From Sediminibacterium sp. (lineage in GTDB: Bacteria; Bacteroidota; Bacteroidia; Chitinophagales; Chitinophagaceae): DNA of 64,000 nt. Position 1 is the stretch's first letter. The number at the start of each line of letters is the position of its first letter. Positions 51,563 through 61,003 of this stretch are shown piece after piece. A program made the position numbers and the translations under genes. Location of the stretch: positions 746 to 64,745 of the forward strand of contig DAIUEC010000002.1 in assembly GCA_036845345.1 (NCBI GenBank), given 5' to 3'. The notes under the pieces are model-generated. The model did not search any database. It was not told where the DNA came from and worked only from the letters and a program-made list of their open reading frames with translations.

Positions 51563-52333
51563 ATGAAACAACAGATCCCTAATTTTATAACCCTGCTTAA
51601 TTTATTTTTTGGATGCTTGGCAATTATGTCTGCATTTCAAGCAGGTGCTTTTGTTTCTATTGATGAATCATCTACTACGATCATTCAAATTCCTGAGCCC
51701 ATATTTTATGCTAGTTTATATATTGGATTGGCAGGGTTGATGGATTTTTTTGATGGATTTGTAGCAAGACTTTTAAAAGTTTCTTCAGATATGGGGAAGC
51801 AATTGGATTCACTTGCGGATGTGGTGAGTTTTGGGGTAGCTCCTGCATTTATCGTAGTGCAATTTTTAAGATTGGCATTGGCAAAAGACGTGAACGCATT
51901 GTCTGAAAATTCTTTAGGACTTTATGCAGCTTTTTTAATTCCAATGGCTGGCGCTTTTCGTTTAGCTAGGTTTAATATTGATACAGAGCAAACCACTTAT
52001 TTTAAGGGAGTTCCGATTCCTATGATAGGCATTTTGACCGCAGCTTTCCCATTGATTTATTGGCAGGCGCAGGCTTCATTTTTCACAAAACTAATGCTGA
52101 GTCCAATTTTCTGGTATCTCTACATAATAATTGTCTCTTTTTTAATGGTTATGAAAACCCCAATGTTGGCCTTAAAGGGGTTGGGTAACAAGAAACAACT
52201 CATACTACCATTGGTTTTGGTGGTATTAGAGGTATTGGTTACCGCAGTATTTTTTAAATGGTTGGCCATTCCATTTGGCTTTATTGGCTATTGCTTAGTA
52301 TCTTTGTTGTATAAGAAAACAATCACTCAATAA
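51563..52333 (+). CDS. pssA: CDP-diacylglycerol--serine O-phosphatidyltransferase
   Basis: It has the CDP-alcohol phosphatidyltransferase motif DFFDGFVAR...GKQLDSLADVVSFGVAP. Confidence 0.9.
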   Translation: MKQQIPNFITLLNLFFGCLAIMSAFQAGAFVSIDESSTTIIQIPEPIFYASLYIGLAGLMDFFDGFVARLLKVSSDMGKQLDSLADVVSFGVAPAFIVVQFLRLALAKDVNALSENSLGLYAAFLIPMAGAFRLARFNIDTEQTTYFKGVPIPMIGILTAAFPLIYWQAQASFFTKLMLSPIFWYLYIIIVSFLMVMKTPMLALKGLGNKKQLILPLVLVVLEVLVTAVFFKWLAIPFGFIGYCLVSLLYKKTITQ

Positions 52334-52343
52334 GAATTTAATT

Positions 52344-52595
52344 ATGCTATTTCAAGTTCAAATCAAAGTAATGCCTTTAAAAGATTTATTAGATCCTCAA
52401 GGCAAGGCCGTTTTAGGTGGTTTACATAATTTAGGAATGAACGGAGTTCAAGATGTTAGAGTAGGCAAACATATTACTTTACAAATTGAAGCAGCAGATG
52501 AAGCAGCAGCTAGATCAGTAGCCGAAGCAGCAAGTAAGAAATTATTGGCAAATGCGGTTATGGAGTATTTTGAAATTGAGTTTGTAAAAGCTTAG
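52344..52595 (+). CDS. purS: phosphoribosylformylglycinamidine synthase subunit PurS
   Basis: It is 83 aa with a VMPLKDLLDPQGKAV pattern. Confidence 0.9.
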   Translation: MLFQVQIKVMPLKDLLDPQGKAVLGGLHNLGMNGVQDVRVGKHITLQIEAADEAAARSVAEAASKKLLANAVMEYFEIEFVKA

Positions 52596-52616
52596 TTCCC
52601 CATCAACAATTAATAT

Positions 52617-53282
52617 ATGTTGTATTTAGTGCCTACCCCAATTGGGAATTTGAAAGATTTCACTTTTAGGGCGGTAGAAGTATTGCAGTCTGTAGACTTC
52701 ATTTTATGTGAGGATACGCGTACTTCATCAAAACTATTGCAACATTATAATATTCATAAACCACTTACTCCTTATCATCAGCATAATGAGCACAAAGTGG
52801 TGGATCATTTAGTGCAACAATTACAGACCGGTAAGAATATTGCTATCATTACCGATGCGGGAAGTCCAGGTATTTCCGATCCAGCTTTTTTATTAGTGCG
52901 CGCCTGTAAAGCAGCCGGAGTAGAGGTTACAAGTTTGCCGGGTGCAACTGCTTTCGTACCCGCATTAACCAATAGTGGGTTGCCTGCTACTAGATTTACT
53001 TTTGAAGGTTTTATTCCCTTGAAAAAAGGTAAAAAAACATTGATGGAATCATTGGTGAATGAAGAGCGCACCATGATATTTTATGAAAGTCCTATGCGCT
53101 TGGTGAAAACCTTAGAATTGTTTGCATCCTATTTTGGGGGTGATCGTAAAGCCGCCGTTAGTCGCGAGCTTACTAAGATGTTTGAAGAAAACACTACCGA
53201 TACCTTAGACAATTTAATTCTTCATTATACCGCTAAACAAGTAAAAGGGGAGCTAGTTATTATCGTTGTTGGAAAAGAATAA
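52617..53282 (+). CDS. rsmI: 16S rRNA (cytidine1402-2'-O)-methyltransferase
   Basis: It has LYLVPTPIGNL, ILCEDTR and AGSPGISDP. Confidence 0.95.
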   Translation: MLYLVPTPIGNLKDFTFRAVEVLQSVDFILCEDTRTSSKLLQHYNIHKPLTPYHQHNEHKVVDHLVQQLQTGKNIAIITDAGSPGISDPAFLLVRACKAAGVEVTSLPGATAFVPALTNSGLPATRFTFEGFIPLKKGKKTLMESLVNEERTMIFYESPMRLVKTLELFASYFGGDRKAAVSRELTKMFEENTTDTLDNLILHYTAKQVKGELVIIVVGKE

Positions 53283-53356
53283 ACTTAGTTTTTAAGACTT
53301 GCTTTCTGCCACATTTTTCTTAAATTTAATTCTTAATATAATTCTAAATTTATTTT

Positions 53357-55261
53357 ATGAAAAATAAAGTAGTTGGTTTATTGTCATTGATGTTATTGGG
53401 ATTCATAATTGCCAATGCGCAAGCTGATCGTTGGCAACAACATATCAGTTATAACATTAAAGCTGCATTGGATGTAAGCACAAATATCCTTAAAGGATCA
53501 GAGGAAGTTGTTTATGATAACAATAGTACCGACACTTTAAGAAAAGTATATTTCCATTTATACTGGAATGCGTTTCAACCTAATTCTTCCATGGATATTC
53601 GTAGCAGAGAATTGGGGAAAAATATGTTAACCAATCGTAGAGGCGAACAAGTGCAAGATTGGGATGCGCGTGTTAAAGATCGTATTCAAAAATTAAGCCC
53701 TTCAGAAATTGGCTATCAAAAAGTAAGTCAAATTTTAATAGGAGGTAAGCAACAAAAATTAATTGAACACGAAACTATTTTAGAAGTTCAATTAACCGAT
53801 CCAATTGCACCAAAGTCTTCCGTAAAATTGAATTTGAATTTTGAAGCACAAGTGCCTCAACAAATCCGTAGATCAGGAAGAGACAATGCCGAAGGGGTTA
53901 GATATTCAATGAGTCAATGGTATCCTAAAATGGTGGAATATGATTATCAGGGATGGAATGCCAATCAATATATCGCAAGAGAGTTTTATGGTGTTTGGGG
54001 TAATTATGATGTGACTTTACAAGTAGATCCATCATATATGGTTGCAGCAACGGGTGTACTACAAAACCCCAATGCGCCAACAAATGCGCAAGGTTTGAAA
54101 ATCTGGAATTTTAAAGGCAATATTATTCATGATTTCGTATGGGCCGCGGATAATCATTACAAGCATTTGTCAAAACAAGTGCGCCCAGGTTTAACATTGC
54201 ATGTTTATTACAAAGAAAAAACAGCTAGTGAAGATAGTGCATGGGCGAATGTTTTATGGGCCGCAGAAAAAATGTTGCCATACATGGAAAAGAAATTCGG
54301 AGCTTATCCTTATCCTCAATATTCTTTTATTCAAGGAGGAGATGGTGGAATGGAATATGCAATGGCTACTTTGTTAAAAGGGCCTGGATTAGGCACTGTC
54401 TTTCATGAATGGATGCATAGTTGGTACCAACATATCCTAGGCACCAATGAAAGTTTATTCCCTTGGATGGATGAAGGTTTTACAAGTTATGCCGAAGCAG
54501 CTGTTTCTAATCAATACAATCAAGAATTTGCAGCCTTGTCACCTTATACAAGTGAAAAAGAAAAAGCGCAAATACTTGCTGGAAATGAAAGAGCGAAAAA
54601 ACAATTACCACTTGTACAATATGGTAACTATATGGGTTATTTAGCATTGGCCAAAAGTGGATTAGAAGAACCTATTAGTACGCATTCCGATCATTACAAT
54701 ACGAACTATGCGTATAGTAGTGCAGCTTATAGTAAAGGTGGAACCTTCTTGGGTTACTTAGGCTATATCGTAGGGGAAGAAAAGCGTGATCAAATTTTAA
54801 TTAACTACTACAATACTTGGAAATTCAAACACCCTAATGCAAATGATTTTATTCGTGTTGCTGAAAAGACAACTGGATTGCAATTAGAGTGGTTGAAAGA
54901 ATATTGGGTGAATAGCACCAAGACCATTGATTATGGTTTGAACGATATTCAGGCAGGAAATAATACTGCAATCATTAGTATTCAAAGAATTGGTAAAATG
55001 CCAGCACCATTGGAAGTATTAGTAACCTATAAAGACGGAACCTCTGAACTACATTATATTCCATTGGATTTAATGTTGGGAAATAAAGAAGCAGAGGGTA
55101 GTGTAAATAGAATTGTACATCCTGAATGCAAGTGGGTGCAACCAACTTATACCTTTGAAACTACTAAGCCAATAAGTGCATTAAAATCTATTGAAATTGA
55201 TCCTAGTTATCGCTTACCGGATGTAAATAGAAGTAATAATAAATTAGAGATTCCTAATTAA
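53357..55261 (+). CDS. M1 family metallopeptidase (secreted)
   Basis: It has a signal peptide and the HEWMH...WMDEGFTSY (HExxH-x18-E) zinc motif. Confidence 0.88.
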   Translation: MKNKVVGLLSLMLLGFIIANAQADRWQQHISYNIKAALDVSTNILKGSEEVVYDNNSTDTLRKVYFHLYWNAFQPNSSMDIRSRELGKNMLTNRRGEQVQDWDARVKDRIQKLSPSEIGYQKVSQILIGGKQQKLIEHETILEVQLTDPIAPKSSVKLNLNFEAQVPQQIRRSGRDNAEGVRYSMSQWYPKMVEYDYQGWNANQYIAREFYGVWGNYDVTLQVDPSYMVAATGVLQNPNAPTNAQGLKIWNFKGNIIHDFVWAADNHYKHLSKQVRPGLTLHVYYKEKTASEDSAWANVLWAAEKMLPYMEKKFGAYPYPQYSFIQGGDGGMEYAMATLLKGPGLGTVFHEWMHSWYQHILGTNESLFPWMDEGFTSYAEAAVSNQYNQEFAALSPYTSEKEKAQILAGNERAKKQLPLVQYGNYMGYLALAKSGLEEPISTHSDHYNTNYAYSSAAYSKGGTFLGYLGYIVGEEKRDQILINYYNTWKFKHPNANDFIRVAEKTTGLQLEWLKEYWVNSTKTIDYGLNDIQAGNNTAIISIQRIGKMPAPLEVLVTYKDGTSELHYIPLDLMLGNKEAEGSVNRIVHPECKWVQPTYTFETTKPISALKSIEIDPSYRLPDVNRSNNKLEIPN

Positions 55262-55270
55262 CTGTATATC

Positions 55271-55322
55271 TAACGCTAAAGAAATAAATTGTACTATGAG
55301 TGAACATCGAGCCATAGCGTTA
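55271..55322. repeat. inverted repeat 1 (8-bp stem TAACGCTA/TAGCGTTA with a large loop)
   Basis: Read directly from the sequence. An alternative inner helix CTATG/CATAG is possible. Confidence 0.5.
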
Positions 55323-55323
55323 A

Positions 55324-55410
55324 AAAATTTGTAAATTCGAATGTTAAAAAAGTCTGCATGTTTGAGCACGTAGTGCGAGTTCAGACTTTTAATTAGAATT
55401 TACAAATTTT
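55324..55410. repeat. 87-nt extended hairpin: 15-bp perfect outer stem plus 9-bp inner stem around a GC-rich 25-nt apex
   Basis: Positions 55324-55338 pair with 55396-55410, and 55348-55356 pair with 55382-55390. The apex reads CATGTTTGAGCACGTAGTGCGAGTT. Confidence 0.75.
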
Positions 55411-55414
55411 AGCA

Positions 55415-55433
55415 AACACATCTTCGATGTGTT
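55415..55433. repeat. hairpin 3 (8-bp stem AACACATC/GATGTGTT)
   Basis: Read directly from the sequence. Confidence 0.6.
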
Positions 55434-55448
55434 CTTATAATTAGATTA

Positions 55449-55495
55449 TTAATTGTCATTACTTAGTTTTATTAAATTTAAGTAATGACAATTAA
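55449..55495. repeat. hairpin 4 (17-bp perfect stem TTAATTGTCATTACTTA with a 13-nt loop)
   Basis: Read directly from the sequence. No adjacent U-tract is present on either strand. Confidence 0.75.
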
Positions 55496-55529
55496 ATTTA
55501 AATGGCGAGCTGAGAACGAATAGGATAAT

Positions 55530-56168
55530 TTATTTCTTCACTTGTATTATAAACTTCTCTTTAAAATAGTCTTCCTGAAAAATGTCATAAATTGACATCA
55601 TCTTAGGGCGAACGCCACTTTCAAATATTTCTTGATGCAAGTCTCCACCTTTTAGACAAATTAAACCGTTAGGTTCATTTGGTTTCTTATTGATGATCGG
55701 TCCTGCCCATTTCCATAAATCTTTTAGGGGCGCTACCGCTCTACTAATTGCGTAGTCGAATTTTTTGTTTTTAATATCTTCTACTCTTGTGTGTTTGGTT
55801 ATAATATTTTTGATACCCACCATTTCACAAACTGCGTCCACCACTTTTAATTTTTTAGCAATACTATCTACCGCTAAAAATTGTACTTCGGGAAAAAAGA
55901 TAGCCATTGGAACACAAGGAAAACCTCCTCCACAACCAATATCAATTACCTGTGTGCCTTTATTCCATTCAGCAATGGCTGCAATACTTAAAGAGTGTAA
56001 TACATGATGCAAATAAATATGATCAATATCTTTTCGAGAGATCACATTAATCTGGCTATTCCATTCCTTATACGCTGCTTCCAATCCAGCCAATTGCTGT
56101 AATTGAGTTGGCGTAAAGTCATCAAAGTATTTAGTAATTAATTCCAATTTTTGTTCGGTGCTTTCCAT
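55530..56168 (-). CDS. rsmG: 16S rRNA (guanine527-N7)-methyltransferase
   Basis: It has WNSQINVIS and the DIGCGGGFP SAM motif. Its 5' end overlaps the upstream GT2 gene by 31 nt. Confidence 0.93.
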   Translation of the reverse strand: MESTEQKLELITKYFDDFTPTQLQQLAGLEAAYKEWNSQINVISRKDIDHIYLHHVLHSLSIAAIAEWNKGTQVIDIGCGGGFPCVPMAIFFPEVQFLAVDSIAKKLKVVDAVCEMVGIKNIITKHTRVEDIKNKKFDYAISRAVAPLKDLWKWAGPIINKKPNEPNGLICLKGGDLHQEIFESGVRPKMMSIYDIFQEDYFKEKFIIQVKK

Positions 56169-57265
56169 ACGCTTGGCAAGGTAAATAAATAATAAAATAT
56201 CGACCAGAAATCAAATAAAATATAAAATGGCCAAAGATCTAATTCGTTTAATTTTTTCATGGTGCTTCTTAATATGATTCCTTGAATTAAAAAACGAGCA
56301 CCCCAAAGGCTTGCCAATAAAATATATTCTTTTGAAATAATCAATGCTGCTATCAAAACAGGGTATACTAAAAACTGACTAATTGCATACAAAGCCAATA
56401 ATAAACTATGTTGTTTTTTATAGTATTTGCTGGTAGTGTAATGACGGTATTTTTGATTCATCCATTCATTAAATGTGGTCTTAGGTTCACTTAATGTATG
56501 TGCATCTTTATCAATTACGATTGCTGTATTTTTTTTAGTGGCTACCTGATTGATAAATAAATCATCATCACCACTAGGCATTTGATTGATGGAAGAGAAT
56601 CCTTTGTTTCTAATAAACACCTCTTTTTTATAAGATAAATTTCTTCCTACACCCATATAAGGCAGGCCCGCTAAGGCATAAGAGAAATATTGTAAAGCCG
56701 TTTGAAAAGTTTCAAAACGAATTAATTTATTTAGTAAGCCTGGTCGTTTTTTATAAGCACCATAGCCTAAAACAATTTCGGTATCATCGTTGTAGCCATC
56801 CTGCATTAATTGCATCCAATGTTCACTTGATGGAACGCAATCCGCATCTGTCAATAATAAGGTTTCATATTTTGCCGACTTGATACCAATGGATAATGGG
56901 AATTTTTTTCCATTAATCATTTTAGCTTCCTGTGTAAGTGCAACTACATTTAAATTTTTAAAAGACTTTTTAAATTCGTCTAATAAATATTTTGATTCAT
57001 CCTCCGAATTATCATTCACCAAAACTATTTCATGTGTGGTACTATATTGTTGAACTAAAACGCCAGGTAAATTTTTCACCAAATTATTTGCTTCATCACG
57101 CGCACAAATCACAACCGAAATTGGATGTTCCATATGCACTGCCTTTTTTGGCTTTTTATAAATTGCCAATCTAAGGAAAAAGAATAGATAGTAAAATAGC
57201 TGTATAGCAATGATACACGCAAATGCGCCTATCAAAATAGGAGATACGGGTAGGTTAGTAATCAT
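56138..57265 (-). CDS. family 2 glycosyltransferase (membrane-anchored)
   Basis: It has ISVVICARDEANNL, LTDADC and C-terminal TM helices. I prefer the ATG at 57265 (MITNLP), because the longer ORF-track start would overlap tgt. Confidence 0.85.
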   Translation of the reverse strand: MITNLPVSPILIGAFACIIAIQLFYYLFFFLRLAIYKKPKKAVHMEHPISVVICARDEANNLVKNLPGVLVQQYSTTHEIVLVNDNSEDESKYLLDEFKKSFKNLNVVALTQEAKMINGKKFPLSIGIKSAKYETLLLTDADCVPSSEHWMQLMQDGYNDDTEIVLGYGAYKKRPGLLNKLIRFETFQTALQYFSYALAGLPYMGVGRNLSYKKEVFIRNKGFSSINQMPSGDDDLFINQVATKKNTAIVIDKDAHTLSEPKTTFNEWMNQKYRHYTTSKYYKKQHSLLLALYAISQFLVYPVLIAALIISKEYILLASLWGARFLIQGIILRSTMKKLNELDLWPFYILFDFWSIFYYLFTLPSVWKAPNKNWN

Positions 57266-57269
57266 GGTA

Positions 57270-57277
57270 CAAAAGTA
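57270..57277 (-). promoter_or_regulatory. -7 promoter box (TACTTTTG on the minus strand), 4 nt upstream of the GT2 ATG
   Basis: The minus strand reads TACTTTTGTACCATG. Confidence 0.5.
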
Positions 57278-57291
57278 ATGATATTTGACCT

Positions 57292-57299
57292 TACCTTTG
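57292..57299 (+). promoter_or_regulatory. -7 promoter box (TACCTTTG), 4 nt upstream of the tgt ATG
   Basis: The plus strand reads TACCTTTGCGCCATG. Confidence 0.55.
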
Positions 57300-57303
57300 C
57301 GCC

Positions 57304-58443
57304 ATGGCTGCATTAGCATTTGATTTACAATATAAGAGTACAACAGGGGCTTCCCGCGCTGGTACTATCACCACCGATCATGGGACCATTCAGACCCCCA
57401 TTTTTATGCCCGTGGGCACTATTGGATCGGTTAAAGCGGTTACCCAGCAACAATTATACAATGATATCAAGGCCCAAATTATATTGGGGAATACTTACCA
57501 TTTATATTTAAGACCCGGCACCGAAGTTTTAGAAGCTGCCGGCGGTTTACACAAATTTATGGGTTGGGATAAGCCCATTTTAACGGATAGTGGCGGATAC
57601 CAGGTTTTTTCATTAGCAAGTAATAGAAAAATCACCCAGGAAGGAGCATTATTTCAGTCCCATATTGACGGAAGCAAACATTTATTTAGTCCCGAAAAAG
57701 TGATGGATATTCAGCGCAGCATTGGGGCTGATATTATCATGGCATTTGATGAATGTCCTCCCATCCCTGCGGAATATGAATATGTAAGAAAGAGTATGGA
57801 TTTAACCCATGCTTGGTTGGATAGATGTTTTAATAGATTGGCGGAGACTCCAGATTTATATGGCCATACTCAAAATTTATTTCCCATTGTACAGGGGGGA
57901 ATGTACAAGGATTTGAGAAAAGCATCTTGCGATTATATTAGTTCAAAAAATGCAGTGGGCAATGCCATTGGTGGATTGAGTGTAGGAGAGACCGAGCCTG
58001 AAATGTATGAATTCACTGCACTTTGTTGTGAAAATTTACCAGTAGACAAGCCTCGTTATTTAATGGGTGTTGGAACGCCTTGGAATATTTTAGAAGCGAT
58101 TGATTTAGGGGTGGATATGTTTGATTGTGTGATGCCAACCCGTAATGGGCGTAACGGCATGATTTTTACATCGCAGGGTGTTATCAATATCAAGAATAAA
58201 AAATGGGAGAAAGATTTTTCTCCATTGGATCCAGGCCTTCCAAATGAATTAAGCCAGTATTATACGAAGGCGTATATGCGTCATTTATTTCAGGCCGATG
58301 AAATATTGGGATTACAATTGGCAAGTATTCAAAACTTATCCTTTTATCTTTGGTTAGTGGGTGAGGCCCGCAAGCATATTATAGCAGGAGATTATAGTAG
58401 TTGGAAAGTGGCGATGATTGAACAAGTAAAAACAAGATTGTAA
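57304..58443 (+). CDS. tgt: tRNA-guanine transglycosylase
   Basis: It has TPIFMPVGT, LTDSGGYQ, MAFDEC and a zinc-site region. Confidence 0.97.
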   Translation: MAALAFDLQYKSTTGASRAGTITTDHGTIQTPIFMPVGTIGSVKAVTQQQLYNDIKAQIILGNTYHLYLRPGTEVLEAAGGLHKFMGWDKPILTDSGGYQVFSLASNRKITQEGALFQSHIDGSKHLFSPEKVMDIQRSIGADIIMAFDECPPIPAEYEYVRKSMDLTHAWLDRCFNRLAETPDLYGHTQNLFPIVQGGMYKDLRKASCDYISSKNAVGNAIGGLSVGETEPEMYEFTALCCENLPVDKPRYLMGVGTPWNILEAIDLGVDMFDCVMPTRNGRNGMIFTSQGVINIKNKKWEKDFSPLDPGLPNELSQYYTKAYMRHLFQADEILGLQLASIQNLSFYLWLVGEARKHIIAGDYSSWKVAMIEQVKTRL

Positions 58444-58456
58444 AATATTGTATTGA

Positions 58457-59548
58457 GTGAAAAAACTAGATTGGTACATATTAAAAAAGTTTCTGAGGGT
58501 TTTCTTCTTCTCTATCTTTTTATTTGCAGTGATTGCAATAGTGATAGATGTAAGTGAAAAGACCGATGATTTTGTGCGTTCTGGTTTATCAGCTGGAGAA
58601 ATTTTTACGCATTATTATATTGGCTTCATTCCACATATTATTGCATTATTGTTTCCACTATTCGTGTTTATTGCAGTAATATTTTTTACCTCCAAAATGG
58701 CTGGACAAACCGAGATCGTTGCCATTTTAGCCAGTGGGACTACTTACAATAGATGGTTAAGGCCTTATTGGATTGGAGGCGTTTTATTAGGATTACTTTT
58801 ATGGGTTTCTAATCAATGGATTGTTCCCAAAGCAAATAATATCAGAGGGAGTTTTGAGGCTGCATATGTGGATGCACATTCAAGTTACAATGCCTTGTTG
58901 ACTACTTCAACCGATATCTATTTTAGAATTGACTCTTTTACCTATGCGGGTATTTATAATTATGATACTGCCAATAATCGCGGAAATGGGTTTTTTGCCT
59001 ATAAAGTGGATAATGGTAAAGTAGTGTATAATATGAGGGCAGAGAATATTATTTGGGATACCGCTACCAAAAATTGGAGGTTATTGGAGGTAGTAGAACG
59101 AAAGGTATTGGAGGATAAAGAAATTGTGACTTCGACCGTTGAATTAAGAAAAAATTACGCTTTTAAGCCATCTGATATTGAAAAAGATAAATATCAAAAA
59201 AACAAATTGACCACTCCCCAGCTTGTAAAGCAAATTAAATTGGAGGAATTAAGAGGAGCCGAGGGGGTAAATGAGCTCAGAATCGAGCGCTATCGAAGGG
59301 ATGCTTCACCCTTTACGGTTTTATTATTAACCTTAATTGGGGGCATCATTGCCGGCAAAAAAGTAAGGGGTGGCAGTGGTTCGCATCTTGCCCTAGGATT
59401 CATTATAGCAGCTGTTTTTATCATAACTGACCAATTTTCGACTATCTTTTCGACCAAAGGCAATTTGCCCCCATTATTGGCGGCTTGGATACCCAATATT
59501 ATTTTTATGTGGGTGGTATATTATTTATATAGAAAAGCGGCTAAGTAA
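58457..59548 (+). CDS. LptF/LptG family permease (GTG start)
   Basis: It has MKKLDWYILKKFL at the N-terminus and the YjgP/YjgQ topology (3 TM, a periplasmic domain, then 3 TM). Confidence 0.85.
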   Translation: MKKLDWYILKKFLRVFFFSIFLFAVIAIVIDVSEKTDDFVRSGLSAGEIFTHYYIGFIPHIIALLFPLFVFIAVIFFTSKMAGQTEIVAILASGTTYNRWLRPYWIGGVLLGLLLWVSNQWIVPKANNIRGSFEAAYVDAHSSYNALLTTSTDIYFRIDSFTYAGIYNYDTANNRGNGFFAYKVDNGKVVYNMRAENIIWDTATKNWRLLEVVERKVLEDKEIVTSTVELRKNYAFKPSDIEKDKYQKNKLTTPQLVKQIKLEELRGAEGVNELRIERYRRDASPFTVLLLTLIGGIIAGKKVRGGSGSHLALGFIIAAVFIITDQFSTIFSTKGNLPPLLAAWIPNIIFMWVVYYLYRKAAK

Positions 59549-59559
59549 GCCGTTTTTTT
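59538..59559 (+). terminator. intrinsic terminator overlapping the lptF/G-like stop codon
   Basis: CGGCT/AGCCG forms a stem with a 5-nt loop, followed by a T7 run. Confidence 0.6.
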
Positions 59560-59610
59560 AATTAACTTTACGTCCAATTTTAAGGCATCAATTACAAACT
59601 TTAGGGTATT

Positions 59611-60927
59611 ATGGAAGCAATCAAGGATTTATTCAGCGTTAAAGCAACTGCAGCAGCTGCTGAAATAAAAGAAATCATTAAAACACATGGAGATAAAAAA
59701 ATTGGCGAAGTAACACTTGCTCAAGCATATCAAGGTATGCGCGGCATTACAGGTTTAGTTACTGAAACTAGTTTATTAGATGCCCAAGAAGGAATTCGTT
59801 TTCGCGGATTCTCTATTCCTGAGTTACAAGATAAATTACCAAAAGCACCAGGTGGTGATGAGCCATTACCAGAAGGTTTGTTTTATTTAATGATGGTGGG
59901 AGAAATTCCAACTGATGAAGATGTAAAACAAATTACCAATAACTGGCAGAGAAGAAGTCATGTGCCAACACATGTATTTGATGTAATTGATGCTTTCCCA
60001 ATTAATACACACCCAATGACAATGTATGTTGCTGCGGTGATGGCATTACAAACAGAAAGTAAATTTTCTGCAGAGTATGCAAAGGGCATGAATAAAAAAG
60101 ATTACTGGCAATATACTTATGACGATTCCATGGATTTGATCGCAAGATTACCAAGAATTGCTGCGTATATCTACAGAAGAAAATATAAGAACAACGAACA
60201 TATACATCCAAACGGTTTATTAGACTGGGCAGGTAACCTTGCTTATATGATGGGCTTTGAGGATGAGAGCACAAAAGAATTAATGCGTTTATACATGACC
60301 ATCCATGCCGATCATGAAGGTGGTAACGTATCAGCACATACTACACACTTAGTAGGTTCTGCGTTAAGCGATCCGTATTTAAGCTATGCTGCAGGTATGA
60401 ATGGTTTAGCAGGTCCTTTACACGGATTAGCAAATCAGGAAGTAATTAAATGGATTTTTGAAATGCAAGAAGCAATAGGTTCTGATAGTCCTACTAAAGA
60501 ACAAATTGTTGACTATGTACAAAAAACATTGGCTTCAGGTAAAGTGGTACCTGGCTATGGTCACGCTGTATTAAGAAAAACAGATCCTCGTTTTACTGCA
60601 CAAATGGCATTTGGTAAAAAACATTTACCTGACGATAAATTAGTAAACACAGTTTGGAATATTTATGAAACAGTGCCACCAATTTTAGAGTCATTAGGAA
60701 AAGTTAAAAATCCTTGGCCAAATGTGGATGCGCATAGTGGTGCATTATTAGTACACTACGGAATTGTTGAATATGAATTCTACACAGTATTATTCGCCGT
60801 TAGCCGTGCGTTAGGTGTATTAGCAAGCTTAACATGGGATAGAGCTTTAGGCTTCCCATTAGAGCGTCCAAAATCTGTAACTACCGAAGCGGTTAAGTTA
60901 TGGTTAGATGGTAAAGGAGAAATTTAA
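59611..60927 (+). CDS. gltA: citrate synthase
   Basis: It has GPLHGLANQEV and PGYGHAVLRKTDPR. Confidence 0.97.
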   Translation: MEAIKDLFSVKATAAAAEIKEIIKTHGDKKIGEVTLAQAYQGMRGITGLVTETSLLDAQEGIRFRGFSIPELQDKLPKAPGGDEPLPEGLFYLMMVGEIPTDEDVKQITNNWQRRSHVPTHVFDVIDAFPINTHPMTMYVAAVMALQTESKFSAEYAKGMNKKDYWQYTYDDSMDLIARLPRIAAYIYRRKYKNNEHIHPNGLLDWAGNLAYMMGFEDESTKELMRLYMTIHADHEGGNVSAHTTHLVGSALSDPYLSYAAGMNGLAGPLHGLANQEVIKWIFEMQEAIGSDSPTKEQIVDYVQKTLASGKVVPGYGHAVLRKTDPRFTAQMAFGKKHLPDDKLVNTVWNIYETVPPILESLGKVKNPWPNVDAHSGALLVHYGIVEYEFYTVLFAVSRALGVLASLTWDRALGFPLERPKSVTTEAVKLWLDGKGEI

Positions 60928-60947
60928 TAATAACTTCTTTGAAATAG

Positions 60948-60980
60948 AAAAAAGCACTGCATAATAGCGGTGCTTTTTTT
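60948..60980. terminator. bidirectional terminator between gltA and the DMT transporter gene
   Basis: AGCACTGC/GCGGTGCT forms a stem flanked by an A6 run and a T7 run. Confidence 0.8.
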
Positions 60981-61003
60981 GTGCGATTGATTTATAATTT
61001 GAA

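Noticed and set aside
57266-57343. The 26-aa N-terminal extension of the GT2 ORF, which overlaps tgt.
   Set aside because: It would overlap the well-supported tgt start and both promoter boxes. The internal ATG at 57265 is followed directly by the TM anchor.
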